From Dehalococcoidia bacterium (GTDB lineage: Bacteria > Chloroflexota > Dehalococcoidia > Plut-88900), in the NCBI GenBank assembly GCA_965197585.1, contig OZ240215.1:2464001-2528000 (forward strand): a stretch of DNA of 64,000 nucleotides, in the 5' to 3' direction. Position 1 is the first letter of the stretch. The number at the start of each line of letters is the position of its first letter. Of this stretch, positions 27,920 to 37,397 are shown piece after piece. The notes below the pieces were generated by a model. That model searched no databases. It was given only the letters and a program-made list of their open reading frames with translations, and was not told where the DNA came from. The translations under genes and the position numbers were made by a program.

Positions 27920-29227
27920 ATGACTTCTCCCTACATCTCCAACACTGACGCCGACCGCACGGCCATGTTGGAGTCGGTCGGTGTAGCCTCCGTAGCAGAA
28001 CTGTTCCTCGAAATCCCCGAGTCCCACCGGGACCCCCCTCTCGACCTCCCCGCCCCCCTCTCCGAGCTTGAGCTCATCCGCGAACTCCGCTCCCTGTCCC
28101 TCAAGAACGCTAATCTTGATGACTACGCCTGCTTCCTCGGTGCGGGCTCCTATAACCACTACATCCCCAGCGTGGTCCGCCATGTCACGGGCCGCAGCGA
28201 GTTTTATACCTCCTACACTCCCTACCAGGCCGAGATCAGCCAGGGCACGCTACAGACTGGCTACGACTTCCAGTCCATGGTCTGCCATCTCACCGGCATG
28301 GACGTCGCCAACGCAGGTATGTACGACGGTTCCACCGCCCTCGCCGAGGCCGCTCTCATGGCCTGCCGACTCACCCGCCGCCGAAACGTCGTAGTCCTGG
28401 ATACCGTATCACCCCTCTATCGGGATATCATCGCCCACTACATGGGGCCCCAGGGCATCGGCATGAGCGTCGTCTCACCGGACAACTTGGCTGTCACTGA
28501 CGCGGACGCCTGTGTCCTCACCCAATACCCCGACTTCTACGGCCGTATCCAAGCCCTTACCCCTTACGCAGAAGCCGCCCATGAGGCCAAGGCCCTCCTG
28601 GTCGTCTCTGCCGACCCCGTCGCCCTCGCCATGTTCAAGTCACCCGGCGACTACGGCGCCGACATCGTCGTCGGCGAAGGCCAGACCGTCGGTTCATCTA
28701 CGACCTTCGGCGGACCCTATGTCGGGCTCTTTGCCGCCAAGACCAGGCACCTGCGCCAGATGCCCGGCCGCATCGTCGGCAAGACTACCGACGACCGTGG
28801 CCGTGAGGGTTATGTCCTAACACTCCAGACCCGTGAACAGCACATCCGGCGACAGACCGCCACTTCCAATATCTGCACCAGCGAGGCCCTCGTCGCGCTC
28901 GCATCTACCGCCTATCTCACCGCTGTCGGGCCCAAGGGCCTTGCCCACGTCGCCGAGCTTTGTTACCACAAGGCCCACTACGCCGCCTCCCAAATCGCCG
29001 AGCTTCCCGGCTATTCCCTGCCCTTTGATGGCCCTTTCTTCAGGGAATTCGTAGTCCGGTGCCCCAGGCCCCCATCTGAGATCAACGCCGCCCTCCTCGA
29101 CTCCCAGATCATCGGCGGCCTGGATGTCAGCGACACCGTCCCCAACGGAATGCTCCTCTGCGCCACCGAGATGAACACCCGAGACCAGATAGACCACCTG
29201 GTCCAAACCCTGAAGGCCCAGTCCTAA
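27920..29227 (+). CDS. gcvPA: Glycine dehydrogenase subunit 1
   Basis: FLGAG.Y.H, YTPYQ.EISQG, REQHIRR..ATSNICT. Confidence 0.95.
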   Translation: MTSPYISNTDADRTAMLESVGVASVAELFLEIPESHRDPPLDLPAPLSELELIRELRSLSLKNANLDDYACFLGAGSYNHYIPSVVRHVTGRSEFYTSYTPYQAEISQGTLQTGYDFQSMVCHLTGMDVANAGMYDGSTALAEAALMACRLTRRRNVVVLDTVSPLYRDIIAHYMGPQGIGMSVVSPDNLAVTDADACVLTQYPDFYGRIQALTPYAEAAHEAKALLVVSADPVALAMFKSPGDYGADIVVGEGQTVGSSTTFGGPYVGLFAAKTRHLRQMPGRIVGKTTDDRGREGYVLTLQTREQHIRRQTATSNICTSEALVALASTAYLTAVGPKGLAHVAELCYHKAHYAASQIAELPGYSLPFDGPFFREFVVRCPRPPSEINAALLDSQIIGGLDVSDTVPNGMLLCATEMNTRDQIDHLVQTLKAQS

Positions 29228-29229
29228 CC

Positions 29230-30699
29230 ATGACCGAAACCACCGACACCCAATCCAGGCGGCCCACCCTTAAAGACCTCCACGCCCCCGGCGCACGGGG
29301 CACGACCCTCCCCGCCCTCGACGTACCCCCCGCCCCCCTCCCCGAGGAAAACCTCCTTCGCACTGAACTCGATATCCCGGAGCTCAGTGAGCTAGACCTG
29401 GTCCGCTACTTCACCGGCTTGAGCAAGCTGAATTTCGGCATAGACAGCGGTTTCTACCCCCTCGGCAGCTGCACCATGAAGTACAACCCCAAGTGGCACG
29501 AGGAGGTCGCTCGGCTCCCGGGCTTTGCCCAGATTCACCCCCTCCAGCCTGCCGAGTCCGTCCAGGGCGCCCTTGGCATCATGTACGGCCTCCAAAACCT
29601 CCTCGCCGAGATTACCGGAGCCAAGGCCGTCAGCCTCGCTCCTCTTGCTGGCGCACACGGCGAGATGGCAGGACTCCTGATGATCCGCGCATACCACGAG
29701 TCCCGCGGCGAAGGTGAAACCCGTAGGCAGGTCCTAATCCCCGACACCGCTCACGGCACCAACGCCGCATCCGTCAAGATGTGCGGCTACGACCTCGTTA
29801 CCGCTCCCTCCGACGCCCAAGGCAACCTCGACGTCGAGGCCCTTAAAGAGCTCGCCACCTCAGAGACCGCCGCCCTTATGCTCACCCTCCCCAGCACCCT
29901 GGGACTCTTCAATCCACGTATCCTCGAAATCTGCGACGCCCTCCACAATGCCGGTGCCATGGTCTACGGCGACGGCGCTAACCTCAACGCCATTCTCGGA
30001 CGGGTCCGCTTCGGTGACCTGGGTTTCGACGTCGTCCACTCCAACCTGCACAAGACTTTCAGCACCCCTCACGGCGGCGGAGGCCCGGGCGCCGGGCCCG
30101 TATGCGCCGCCGAGTCCCTCGCCGACTTCCTGCCCGCACCCGTCGTGCACAAGTCCCCGCCCGGCTCCCCCGGCCCCGAGTACCAGCTTGGACGGCCTGC
30201 CAAGTCCATCGGCAAGATAAGCGCCTTCCACTGTAACTTCGGTGTCGTCCTCAGGGCCTACGCCTACATACGGCTGCTCGGCGCTCCGGGAATGCGGGAG
30301 ATAAGCGAAAACGCCGTCCTGAACGCCAATTATCTCCTCTCAAGGCTGGAAGAAGACTACCTGCTCCCCAACAAGCGCACCTGCATGCACGAGGTCGTGT
30401 TCTCGGCTTCCAAGCAAAAGGCCCTGGGCGTCCGGGCCTTGGACATTTCCAAGCGCCTCATGGACTACGGCTTCCACCCGCCGACCATGTACTTCCCCCA
30501 GGTAGTCCCCGAGGCCCTCATGATCGAACCCACCGAGTGCGAGAGTAAACGCACCCTCGACACCTTCATCGACGCCATGAAGGCCATTGCCCGTGAAGCC
30601 GAGACCGACCCGAATATCGTCACAACCGCCCCCCACACCACCCCCTCCTCCCGCCTCGACGAGGCCCAGGCCGCCCGCCACCCAGACTTGCACTGGTAG
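29230..30699 (+). CDS. gcvPB: Glycine dehydrogenase subunit 2
   Basis: PLGSCTMKYN, AHGTN, NLHKTFSTPHGGGGPG, MIEPTE. Confidence 0.95.
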   Translation: MTETTDTQSRRPTLKDLHAPGARGTTLPALDVPPAPLPEENLLRTELDIPELSELDLVRYFTGLSKLNFGIDSGFYPLGSCTMKYNPKWHEEVARLPGFAQIHPLQPAESVQGALGIMYGLQNLLAEITGAKAVSLAPLAGAHGEMAGLLMIRAYHESRGEGETRRQVLIPDTAHGTNAASVKMCGYDLVTAPSDAQGNLDVEALKELATSETAALMLTLPSTLGLFNPRILEICDALHNAGAMVYGDGANLNAILGRVRFGDLGFDVVHSNLHKTFSTPHGGGGPGAGPVCAAESLADFLPAPVVHKSPPGSPGPEYQLGRPAKSIGKISAFHCNFGVVLRAYAYIRLLGAPGMREISENAVLNANYLLSRLEEDYLLPNKRTCMHEVVFSASKQKALGVRALDISKRLMDYGFHPPTMYFPQVVPEALMIEPTECESKRTLDTFIDAMKAIAREAETDPNIVTTAPHTTPSSRLDEAQAARHPDLHW

Positions 30700-30711
30700 A
30701 CCCGCCTTCCC

Positions 30712-31878
30712 CTACACCTCCACCCCCGCGAACCTCCCCATCCCCAGCGCTCTGATATCCACCATCTTCGCCTCACCCTCCGTTATCAGCTCGGCCATAA
30801 CGATCCCGACGGCTGGTGACAACTTGAACCCGTACCCGCTGAAACCGCCCGCGAAATACAGCCCATCCAGGCCTTCTGCCTTGCCCAGGATCGGGAGATT
30901 GTCCGGAGTGTTCGTGTATAAACCCGAGAAACTGGTGAACAGTTCAGCGTCCTCCAGCGACGGCATAAGCTCGCCCAAACGCCCCCATATCGTACGGGTC
31001 TGCTCCATGGTCGTGCCCTGGTCGTAAGTGTCGGGGTCGTTTACGTGCTCGTCCTTCTGTATGTCCCCTGCCAGCATCAGGTCGGGGCTCTCCTCCCGCA
31101 TGTATGTCATTTCTATCAGGTCGAAGACCACGGGGTGCGTGGTCGGGGTCCCGGGGCCCTTCTTCAGGAAGAACACCTCGTGCCTGGTGGGTTGCAGGGG
31201 CAGGTTGTAGCCAAGTTTCTTCATCAATTGCCCGTTCCAGGGGCCTCCTGCTACCACTACCGTATCCGTAGCTATTCGACCCTGCTCGCTGACCACCCCC
31301 GTCACCCGACCCCCCTCTACCTCGATATCCAAAGCAGCGTTGCCCAGCGATATCTCAGCCCCCAGCCTCCCCGCCGCCGAAGCGAAGCCCTGCGCGACGC
31401 CCGGCGGGTCTGCAAATCCTGATCGTGGCTCGATGCCCAGGAAGTCAAAGTCCCCCGGTTCAAGGTATGGCGCTATCTCCTTCAGGTCTTCTCGGCTTAA
31501 TTCTTTGTTCTCGAAACCCAATTCCCTCACCTTGGCGAAGCCTGCCCTTAACGCCGGTGAGAAGTCCTCCCCCGACAGGAATATCACTCCAACTTCCCTG
31601 AACCCCGACTCGGCTCCCACAAGCTCCTTGAAATTCTTCAGCCACTTCTGACCTTCCTTGGCCATAAGCGAAATTGGCATTCCGAATTCGCTGCCGTGCG
31701 TGAACAGCAAAAGACTGAACCCCGTGGTGATACCCGACGACTTCCCCGTCGACCCAGCCCCCAGCCCCTCCTTCTCCAGCAGCACGGTCTCCTTGACACC
31801 CCGCGACGCCAGGTTAAAGCAAATACTCGTCCCCGCCAGCCCACCCCCGATGATCACGGCTTCTGCGCTACTCTTCAT
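30712..31878 (-). CDS. FAD-dependent oxidoreductase, sarcosine oxidase beta/DadA family
   Basis: IIGGGLAG, STGKSSG, TPD..PILG, GFSGYGFKLSP. Confidence 0.88.
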   Translation of the reverse strand: MKSSAEAVIIGGGLAGTSICFNLASRGVKETVLLEKEGLGAGSTGKSSGITTGFSLLLFTHGSEFGMPISLMAKEGQKWLKNFKELVGAESGFREVGVIFLSGEDFSPALRAGFAKVRELGFENKELSREDLKEIAPYLEPGDFDFLGIEPRSGFADPPGVAQGFASAAGRLGAEISLGNAALDIEVEGGRVTGVVSEQGRIATDTVVVAGGPWNGQLMKKLGYNLPLQPTRHEVFFLKKGPGTPTTHPVVFDLIEMTYMREESPDLMLAGDIQKDEHVNDPDTYDQGTTMEQTRTIWGRLGELMPSLEDAELFTSFSGLYTNTPDNLPILGKAEGLDGLYFAGGFSGYGFKLSPAVGIVMAELITEGEAKMVDIRALGMGRFAGVEV

Positions 31879-32078
31879 AGGTCACCCCCTGGTACTGTTA
31901 CATCTACATTCTTTATCGCGTCACACGACGCCTCTTTTTGCGCCATCGCAACACTCCTTATGCGCCATCCCACGTCTCTTTTTATGTCATCCCGAGGCTC
32001 CGCGAGGGATCTAAGGCGTCCCTCTACCCATCAACCCCATTCCAACTAAGCCTAGACACCCGCCATTCCCCTCTCCCC

Positions 32079-32495
32079 CTACTCGTCCACAATCGCTATC
32101 GCCTCCACCTCTATCACCAGACCGTCATATGCTAATCCGGCCACCTTCACCGCCGTCGCCGCGGGACCTGGACTGGGGATGTACTGGTTCCTCACGTGGG
32201 TCATCTTCTCCCAGAACTTCCGGGAATCGTCACCCTTGGAGTCATCCATGTAGTAAGTGTTCAGCTTTACTATGTCCTTCATGTCCGCCCCGACTTCCCT
32301 CAGCACCGTCCGCACGTTCTCAAACACGATCCGTGTCTGCTCTTCGATGTCGAACGGGGCTATCGGTGTGCCCTGCTCGTCTGCCGAAATCTGCCCCCCG
32401 ACGAATATCATCTTCCCGACCTTCCACCCCTGCGAAAACGGCACCGGCATGCTCCAGTACCAATGGCCCTTCGGCATTATCCGTATTTTTTCCAT
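32079..32495 (-). CDS. Rid (YjgF/YER057c/UK114) family protein
   Basis: IFVGGQ, EEQT...FEN, DIVK, IEVEAIA; start set at MEKIRIM with a GGGAGG RBS. Confidence 0.85.
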   Translation of the reverse strand: MEKIRIMPKGHWYWSMPVPFSQGWKVGKMIFVGGQISADEQGTPIAPFDIEEQTRIVFENVRTVLREVGADMKDIVKLNTYYMDDSKGDDSRKFWEKMTHVRNQYIPSPGPAATAVKVAGLAYDGLVIEVEAIAIVDE

Positions 32496-32752
32496 CAGAC
32501 AGTACCTCCCGTATGCTCTAAATTCCCGCCCGCACCGATACCATACCCCACAGCCCCAACCCTTTCCACCTGTTACTCCCCTCTTCATGGTCCACGGACA
32601 AAGGCCATCCCTTTCGACGTAGGGGCGGGTAGGATCGAAGGGCTGAACGTAAACCCCGAGTTCCCTCCCCCCACCCTTGCCCCACCCCCCACAACCGCGC
32701 TAAAATACCCCCACGCAATCAACGCCCGACAAACCTGTAAACGCGGTAACGG

Positions 32753-32850
32753 ACCTTTAATTCAGTCCCGAGAGGCTGGCAAGGAAAACAGGATTACCGC
32801 AGCCGATTTCGGCCTACACCCTTGCCGCCCCTTAGCAGGGGTATTTTTTT
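32753..32850 (+). promoter_or_regulatory. PyrR-binding loop and attenuator
   Basis: CCTTTAA..CAGTCCCGAGAGGCTG..AAGG matches the PyrR binding-loop pattern; CCTTGCC can pair with GGCAAGG; CCCCT-TAGC-AGGGG plus T-run terminator. Confidence 0.9.
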
Positions 32851-33433
32851 GACCGACACCGTCCTAATGTCCCCCGCCGACATCGGCAAGTCCCTCCGCC
32901 GTGTTTCCCATGAGCTCATAGAGGCCCATCCAGACACCTCTCACCTTCTTCTGATCGGCATCCGCACCCGTGGCCTCCCCCTCGCCCAGCGCATCACCCG
33001 CAATATTGCCTCCGGCGGCAATGGCCGGATCCCTGTCGCCGCCCTGGACACGACTCCCTACCGCGATGACCGGATCACCCCCGCTCAGCCTGCCAACGGC
33101 ACAGGCTCGCCCATACCCGGCGGCGTCACCGATCGCGACGTAGTCCTCGTCGACGACGTCCTCTTTACCGGACGCACCATCCGGGCAGCACTCGATGCCC
33201 TCGTCAATCTCGGGAGACCCCGCTCCGTTCAACTCCTCGTTCTCGTCGACAGAGGCCACCGCGAGCTCCCCATCCGCGCCGACTACGTGGGCAAGAATAT
33301 ACCCACTTCTCTCACTCAGACCGTCAAGGTCCGCCTCGAAGAGATGGATGGCAGAGATGAGGTCGTGCTACTGGGCGATGCTGTTTCTACACAAGGCCGA
33401 GCCCGCGTCGCCGGAGGTCTCAAACTCACATGA
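32849..33433 (+). CDS. pyrR: Pyrimidine operon regulator / uracil phosphoribosyltransferase
   Basis: GIRTRG, YRDD, VLVDDVLFTGRT, DRGHRELPIRADYVG; start TTG 32849 or ATG 32867. Confidence 0.93.
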   Translation: MTDTVLMSPADIGKSLRRVSHELIEAHPDTSHLLLIGIRTRGLPLAQRITRNIASGGNGRIPVAALDTTPYRDDRITPAQPANGTGSPIPGGVTDRDVVLVDDVLFTGRTIRAALDALVNLGRPRSVQLLVLVDRGHRELPIRADYVGKNIPTSLTQTVKVRLEEMDGRDEVVLLGDAVSTQGRARVAGGLKLT

Positions 33434-34821
33434 ACCTCCAAGGGCGCAACCTTATCACCGTCGACGACATCTCCAACGACGAGGTCGAGTCCGTCTTCTC
33501 CCTCGCCGACCTGATGCACGCCGACATCCGCGGCCAGTCCAACCTCTGCAAAGGCATGGTCATGGCCAGCCTCTTCTACGAACCCAGCACCCGCACCCGG
33601 CTCTCCTTCGAAACGGCCATGCACCGGCTCGGAGGCAATGTCGTCACCGCCGCCGACATAAACACCACCTCCATAGCAAAGGGCGAGACCCTCGCCGACA
33701 CCGCCCGCGTCGTCAGCAGCTACGTCGATGTCATAGTCATCCGCCACCCTTGGGAGGGCGCCGCCCAGGCCCTCGCCGACTACGCCTCCGTACCCGTTAT
33801 CAACGCCGGAGACGGCAGCCACGAGCACCCCACCCAGTCCCTCTGCGACCTCTACACCCTCAAACGTGAGAAAGGCGATATCCGCGGCATTACCGTAGCC
33901 CTCTGCGGCGATCTGAAAGGCGCCAGGACTGTCCACTCCCTGACCTACGCCCTAGCCCGGTTCGGTGCCAACATCATGTTCATGCCCAGCAAGGGCTATG
34001 AGCTTCCCGACTACGTCAAAGACCGGCTGAACCGGGAGTACATGGGTACCGTCTCGGAAGGCAAGGGCAACGCGTCTAGCTCCTTCAAGGAAATGGACGC
34101 CATATACCAGACGCCCACTCGGCCCCACCTCCTTCCACCCCACCCCAAGGGAGGCAAGGCTACCGATACGGGAAGAGCTAAGACCAGCCTGGACGTGGTC
34201 TACGCTAGCCGTATGCAAAAGGAACGCCACCCCGAGGCCACAGATGATGCCACCGGCGGCGGCCTCCGCCTCGACAAGCGATTCATGCAGCGCCCCCAGT
34301 TCAGAAACGCCCTGATAATGCACCCCCTCCCCCGCGTCGACGAGATCGACTACGCCCTCGACGAAAACCCCAGGAGCATATATTTCAAGCAAGCTGCCTA
34401 TGGCGTCCCCGTCCGCATGTCCCTTCTGGCTTGCCTCCTTGGCGTATCCCAGCCCCAGGCGCAGGCCCACTACGGCAGCTTCGCCTATCCCGTGAGCTAT
34501 CCGCCCTACAAGTCAGACGCCGGCATAAGGTGCCCCAACCCGACCTGCGTCTCCAACAATGAGAGCGCCTACATCGTCCCCGAGTTCTTCCGCGTCGACG
34601 AAAACCCCACCGTTCTCCGCTGCCGCTACTGCCGCCGGGATGCAAGGGCCGAAGCCGCCGGCAGCGTCAGGACCAAGGTATATCACAAGGCCGGCCGCCA
34701 CCCCTCTAGACGCCTCCGCGGCGGCAACCTCGTCTACTTCGAATCTTTTGAGCAGGCTTCCAGCCTCGGCTACCGGCCCGGATACCGTGTCCCAGACCGC
34801 CAAATGGAGAATGAAGATTAG
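33430..34821 (+). CDS. pyrB: Aspartate carbamoyltransferase with C-terminal PyrI-like Zn domain and Ada-like tail
   Basis: FYEPSTRTRLSF, NAGDG.HEHPTQ, MHPLPR; extension CPNPTC...CRYC. Confidence 0.93.
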   Translation: MNLQGRNLITVDDISNDEVESVFSLADLMHADIRGQSNLCKGMVMASLFYEPSTRTRLSFETAMHRLGGNVVTAADINTTSIAKGETLADTARVVSSYVDVIVIRHPWEGAAQALADYASVPVINAGDGSHEHPTQSLCDLYTLKREKGDIRGITVALCGDLKGARTVHSLTYALARFGANIMFMPSKGYELPDYVKDRLNREYMGTVSEGKGNASSSFKEMDAIYQTPTRPHLLPPHPKGGKATDTGRAKTSLDVVYASRMQKERHPEATDDATGGGLRLDKRFMQRPQFRNALIMHPLPRVDEIDYALDENPRSIYFKQAAYGVPVRMSLLACLLGVSQPQAQAHYGSFAYPVSYPPYKSDAGIRCPNPTCVSNNESAYIVPEFFRVDENPTVLRCRYCRRDARAEAAGSVRTKVYHKAGRHPSRRLRGGNLVYFESFEQASSLGYRPGYRVPDRQMENED

Positions 34822-35938
34822 CGTGACCTCAACCAACCCGACCAACAACTCAAACCACCCTGCCTGGCTCGTGCTGGAGGACGGCAGCTCCTTTCAGGGC
34901 ACGTCCTTCGGCGCAAACGGCGAAGGTCACGGCGAGGTCGTCTTCAACACCAGCATGACCGGCTACCAGGAGATCCTCACCGATCCCTCCTACGCCGGCC
35001 AGATTGTCATGCTCACCTACCCACTTATCGGCAACTACGGCATCAACCCCGAGACCGTCGAATCCAAGAAGATCCAGGTACGCGGCCTCATAGTCCGAGA
35101 GGACTGTGACCTCCCGAGTCACTGGAACAGCGAGGCCACAGTGGCCCAGTTCCTCGCCTCCCAGGGTGTCTCCGGAATCTCGGGCGTCGATACCCGGGCA
35201 GTCACCCGGCGTCTACGTTCAAGCGGCGTGATGATGGGCATTATCACCAGGGACGACCCCCAGTCTGCCCTCAAAAAGCTCGCGTCCCTTCCCAGTTACG
35301 GCTCCGTGAACTACGTCTCAGAGGTCTCAACACCCGCCCCCTACACCTGGGACCCCACCGAGACCCCCACCTCCTACAATATCGTCGCCCTGGACTATGG
35401 CCTGAAGTACAACATCCTGCGCATCCTCAACAAGCTCGGATGCCGGGTCACCGTGATACCCGCCGACACCAGTGCGGAGGACATCCTCCAGATCGACCCT
35501 GACGGCCTTCTACTCTCCCCCGGCCCCGGCGACCCCGCCCTTCTCGGCCAGATCTCGGATACGGTGCGCGCCCTGGTCGGCGTCAAGCCGATAATGGGGA
35601 TCTGCCTGGGTAATCAGATGCTCGGCAAAGCCTTCGGGGGCAAGACCTTCAAGCTCAAGTTCGGCCATCGAGGCGCGAACCACCCCGTCAAAGACCTCGT
35701 CACTGGACGCGTCCACATCACCGCCCAGAACCACGGTTATGCCCTGGACGCCGACAGCCTGCCCCCATCCCTGGAGGTCAGCCACCTCAACCTCAATGAC
35801 GAAACCGTCGAGGGCCTAACCCACCGGGACTATCCCATTGTCTCCATCCAGTACCACTCCGAGGCCTCACCCGGCCCCCTCGACAACGTCTATCTCTTCC
35901 AGCGCTTCCTGGACATGGTCAAGGACCAGAAGAATTGA
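34811..35938 (+). CDS. carA: Carbamoyl-phosphate synthase small subunit
   Basis: GEVVFNTSMTGYQE, GICLG, QNHG, QYH.EASPGP; start 34811 or 34823. Confidence 0.95.
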   Translation: MKISVTSTNPTNNSNHPAWLVLEDGSSFQGTSFGANGEGHGEVVFNTSMTGYQEILTDPSYAGQIVMLTYPLIGNYGINPETVESKKIQVRGLIVREDCDLPSHWNSEATVAQFLASQGVSGISGVDTRAVTRRLRSSGVMMGIITRDDPQSALKKLASLPSYGSVNYVSEVSTPAPYTWDPTETPTSYNIVALDYGLKYNILRILNKLGCRVTVIPADTSAEDILQIDPDGLLLSPGPGDPALLGQISDTVRALVGVKPIMGICLGNQMLGKAFGGKTFKLKFGHRGANHPVKDLVTGRVHITAQNHGYALDADSLPPSLEVSHLNLNDETVEGLTHRDYPIVSIQYHSEASPGPLDNVYLFQRFLDMVKDQKN

Positions 35939-36004
35939 TGCCTCACAAAATGATGTGCTATAATGATGCAAATTAATGCCGCGCTGTAGAGGTGCTACTG
36001 AATT

Positions 36005-36244
36005 ATGAGAACCACCCTAAACATAGACAACAAGCTCCTCGAAACCGTGGTGGAAGCCACGGGTGAAAGGACAAAGAGCAAGGCCGTCAATGTTGCTCTC
36101 AAGGAGTACATTCGCCGTAAGCATGTGCAAGAACTAATAGACTCTTGGGGCAAGATAATCGTCGACGACTACAGAGACGAGGTGGAGCTTGTTAACGAGG
36201 AGCGACGTACTTACCTAGAATCCTTGAGGGATGGTACGGATTGA
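36005..36244 (+). CDS. vapB: VapB-type (RHH) antitoxin
   Basis: MRTTLNID..LL...TKS.AV..AL; overlaps the PIN gene. Confidence 0.82.
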   Translation: MRTTLNIDNKLLETVVEATGERTKSKAVNVALKEYIRRKHVQELIDSWGKIIVDDYRDEVELVNEERRTYLESLRDGTD

Positions 36245-36633
36245 CCGTCCTTCTTGATACGTCGGTACTCCTACATGCCCAGAAGCTGCCCAAGTCCGGT
36301 GTCGCGCGGCAGGTTGCGGTCCTTCTTGCTTCTGGTGAAGCCTCTGTGGCTGGCCCCGTAATCATGGAATATATGCGCGGTGCCCGGACACAAGGGCAAC
36401 TGCATTTCCTTAAGGAACGTATCGTATCCATCGACTTCTTGGTCGCGGACCAGTTGGTTTGGTCATTAGCTGGAACCCTTGCCTTTCGCCTCCGACGCTC
36501 TGGCAAGCACCTTCCCGACCCTGACGTTATTGTTGCCGCCACCGCCATCCGCCACAACGTCCCGCTCTACACTCTGGATAAGGGCTTCAACCGAATAGCT
36601 GAGCTTGAGCTTTACCAACCCTCTTTATCCTGA
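36241..36633 (+). CDS. vapC: PIN-domain toxin
   Basis: LLDTSV, E..RG, D..VAATA, TLD..F. Confidence 0.88.
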   Translation: MTVLLDTSVLLHAQKLPKSGVARQVAVLLASGEASVAGPVIMEYMRGARTQGQLHFLKERIVSIDFLVADQLVWSLAGTLAFRLRRSGKHLPDPDVIVAATAIRHNVPLYTLDKGFNRIAELELYQPSLS

Positions 36634-36679
36634 ACTCAAGCACTTTATGACTTACGAAAATCGAGGAATTACCCGACCA

Positions 36680-37396
36680 GTGACCTCCCTCCCCAACATC
36701 ACAACCATATCCTTCGACGTCGACGGCACCCTCTGGGATTTCGAGCGATTTACGCGCCAAGCCCTCCAGGAAGTCCTGAACGAGCTCACGCGGATCGACC
36801 CCCAGGCCGCCCAAAACCTCACCGTTGATCAAATGGTGACCATCAGAGACCGGGTCCACGAGCAGTTGTGGGGCAATGACACAGACCTCGACACAATCCG
36901 TGAGAAGTCGATGCAGCAGGCCCTCCGAGAGGCAGGCCGTCCCAACGACTCCCTCGGCTCCTACCTGACTAAGATCTACTTCCAGCGTCGTGACGAGGCG
37001 CGCACAATCTTCCCTGACGCCCGACCCGCGCTGGAGCCCCTGGCCCGACATTTCAAGCTCGGCCTCCTGTCCAACGGCAACAGCCGAGCCAAAGTCCTCG
37101 GCATCGAAGACATAGTCTCTTTCGAGGTCTTTTCGCAAGACCACGGCGCCGTTGATAAGCCCGACCCCCGCATCTTCGAAATAGCAATGCACGAAGCTCG
37201 ATGCCAGCCCCATGAGCTTCTTCACGTCGGCGATTCCTGGGAGAACGACGTTCTGGGCGCCTTGAATGCGGGAGCCACGCCCGTCTTTTTCAACCGCAAC
37301 CCCACTGGGCAGGCGCCTCAATCCGTTATTGAGATTGGTTCCCTGGCCGAACTCTCCTCCCTGCTCTTGGCCCAACCTGCAATGGAGTCCCGTTAA
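36680..37396 (+). CDS. HAD-superfamily hydrolase (YjjG/YigB-like)
   Basis: [31 protein letters not shown]; start GTG 36680 or ATG 36647. Confidence 0.88.
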   Translation: MTSLPNITTISFDVDGTLWDFERFTRQALQEVLNELTRIDPQAAQNLTVDQMVTIRDRVHEQLWGNDTDLDTIREKSMQQALREAGRPNDSLGSYLTKIYFQRRDEARTIFPDARPALEPLARHFKLGLLSNGNSRAKVLGIEDIVSFEVFSQDHGAVDKPDPRIFEIAMHEARCQPHELLHVGDSWENDVLGALNAGATPVFFNRNPTGQAPQSVIEIGSLAELSSLLLAQPAMESR

Positions 37397-37397
37397 C

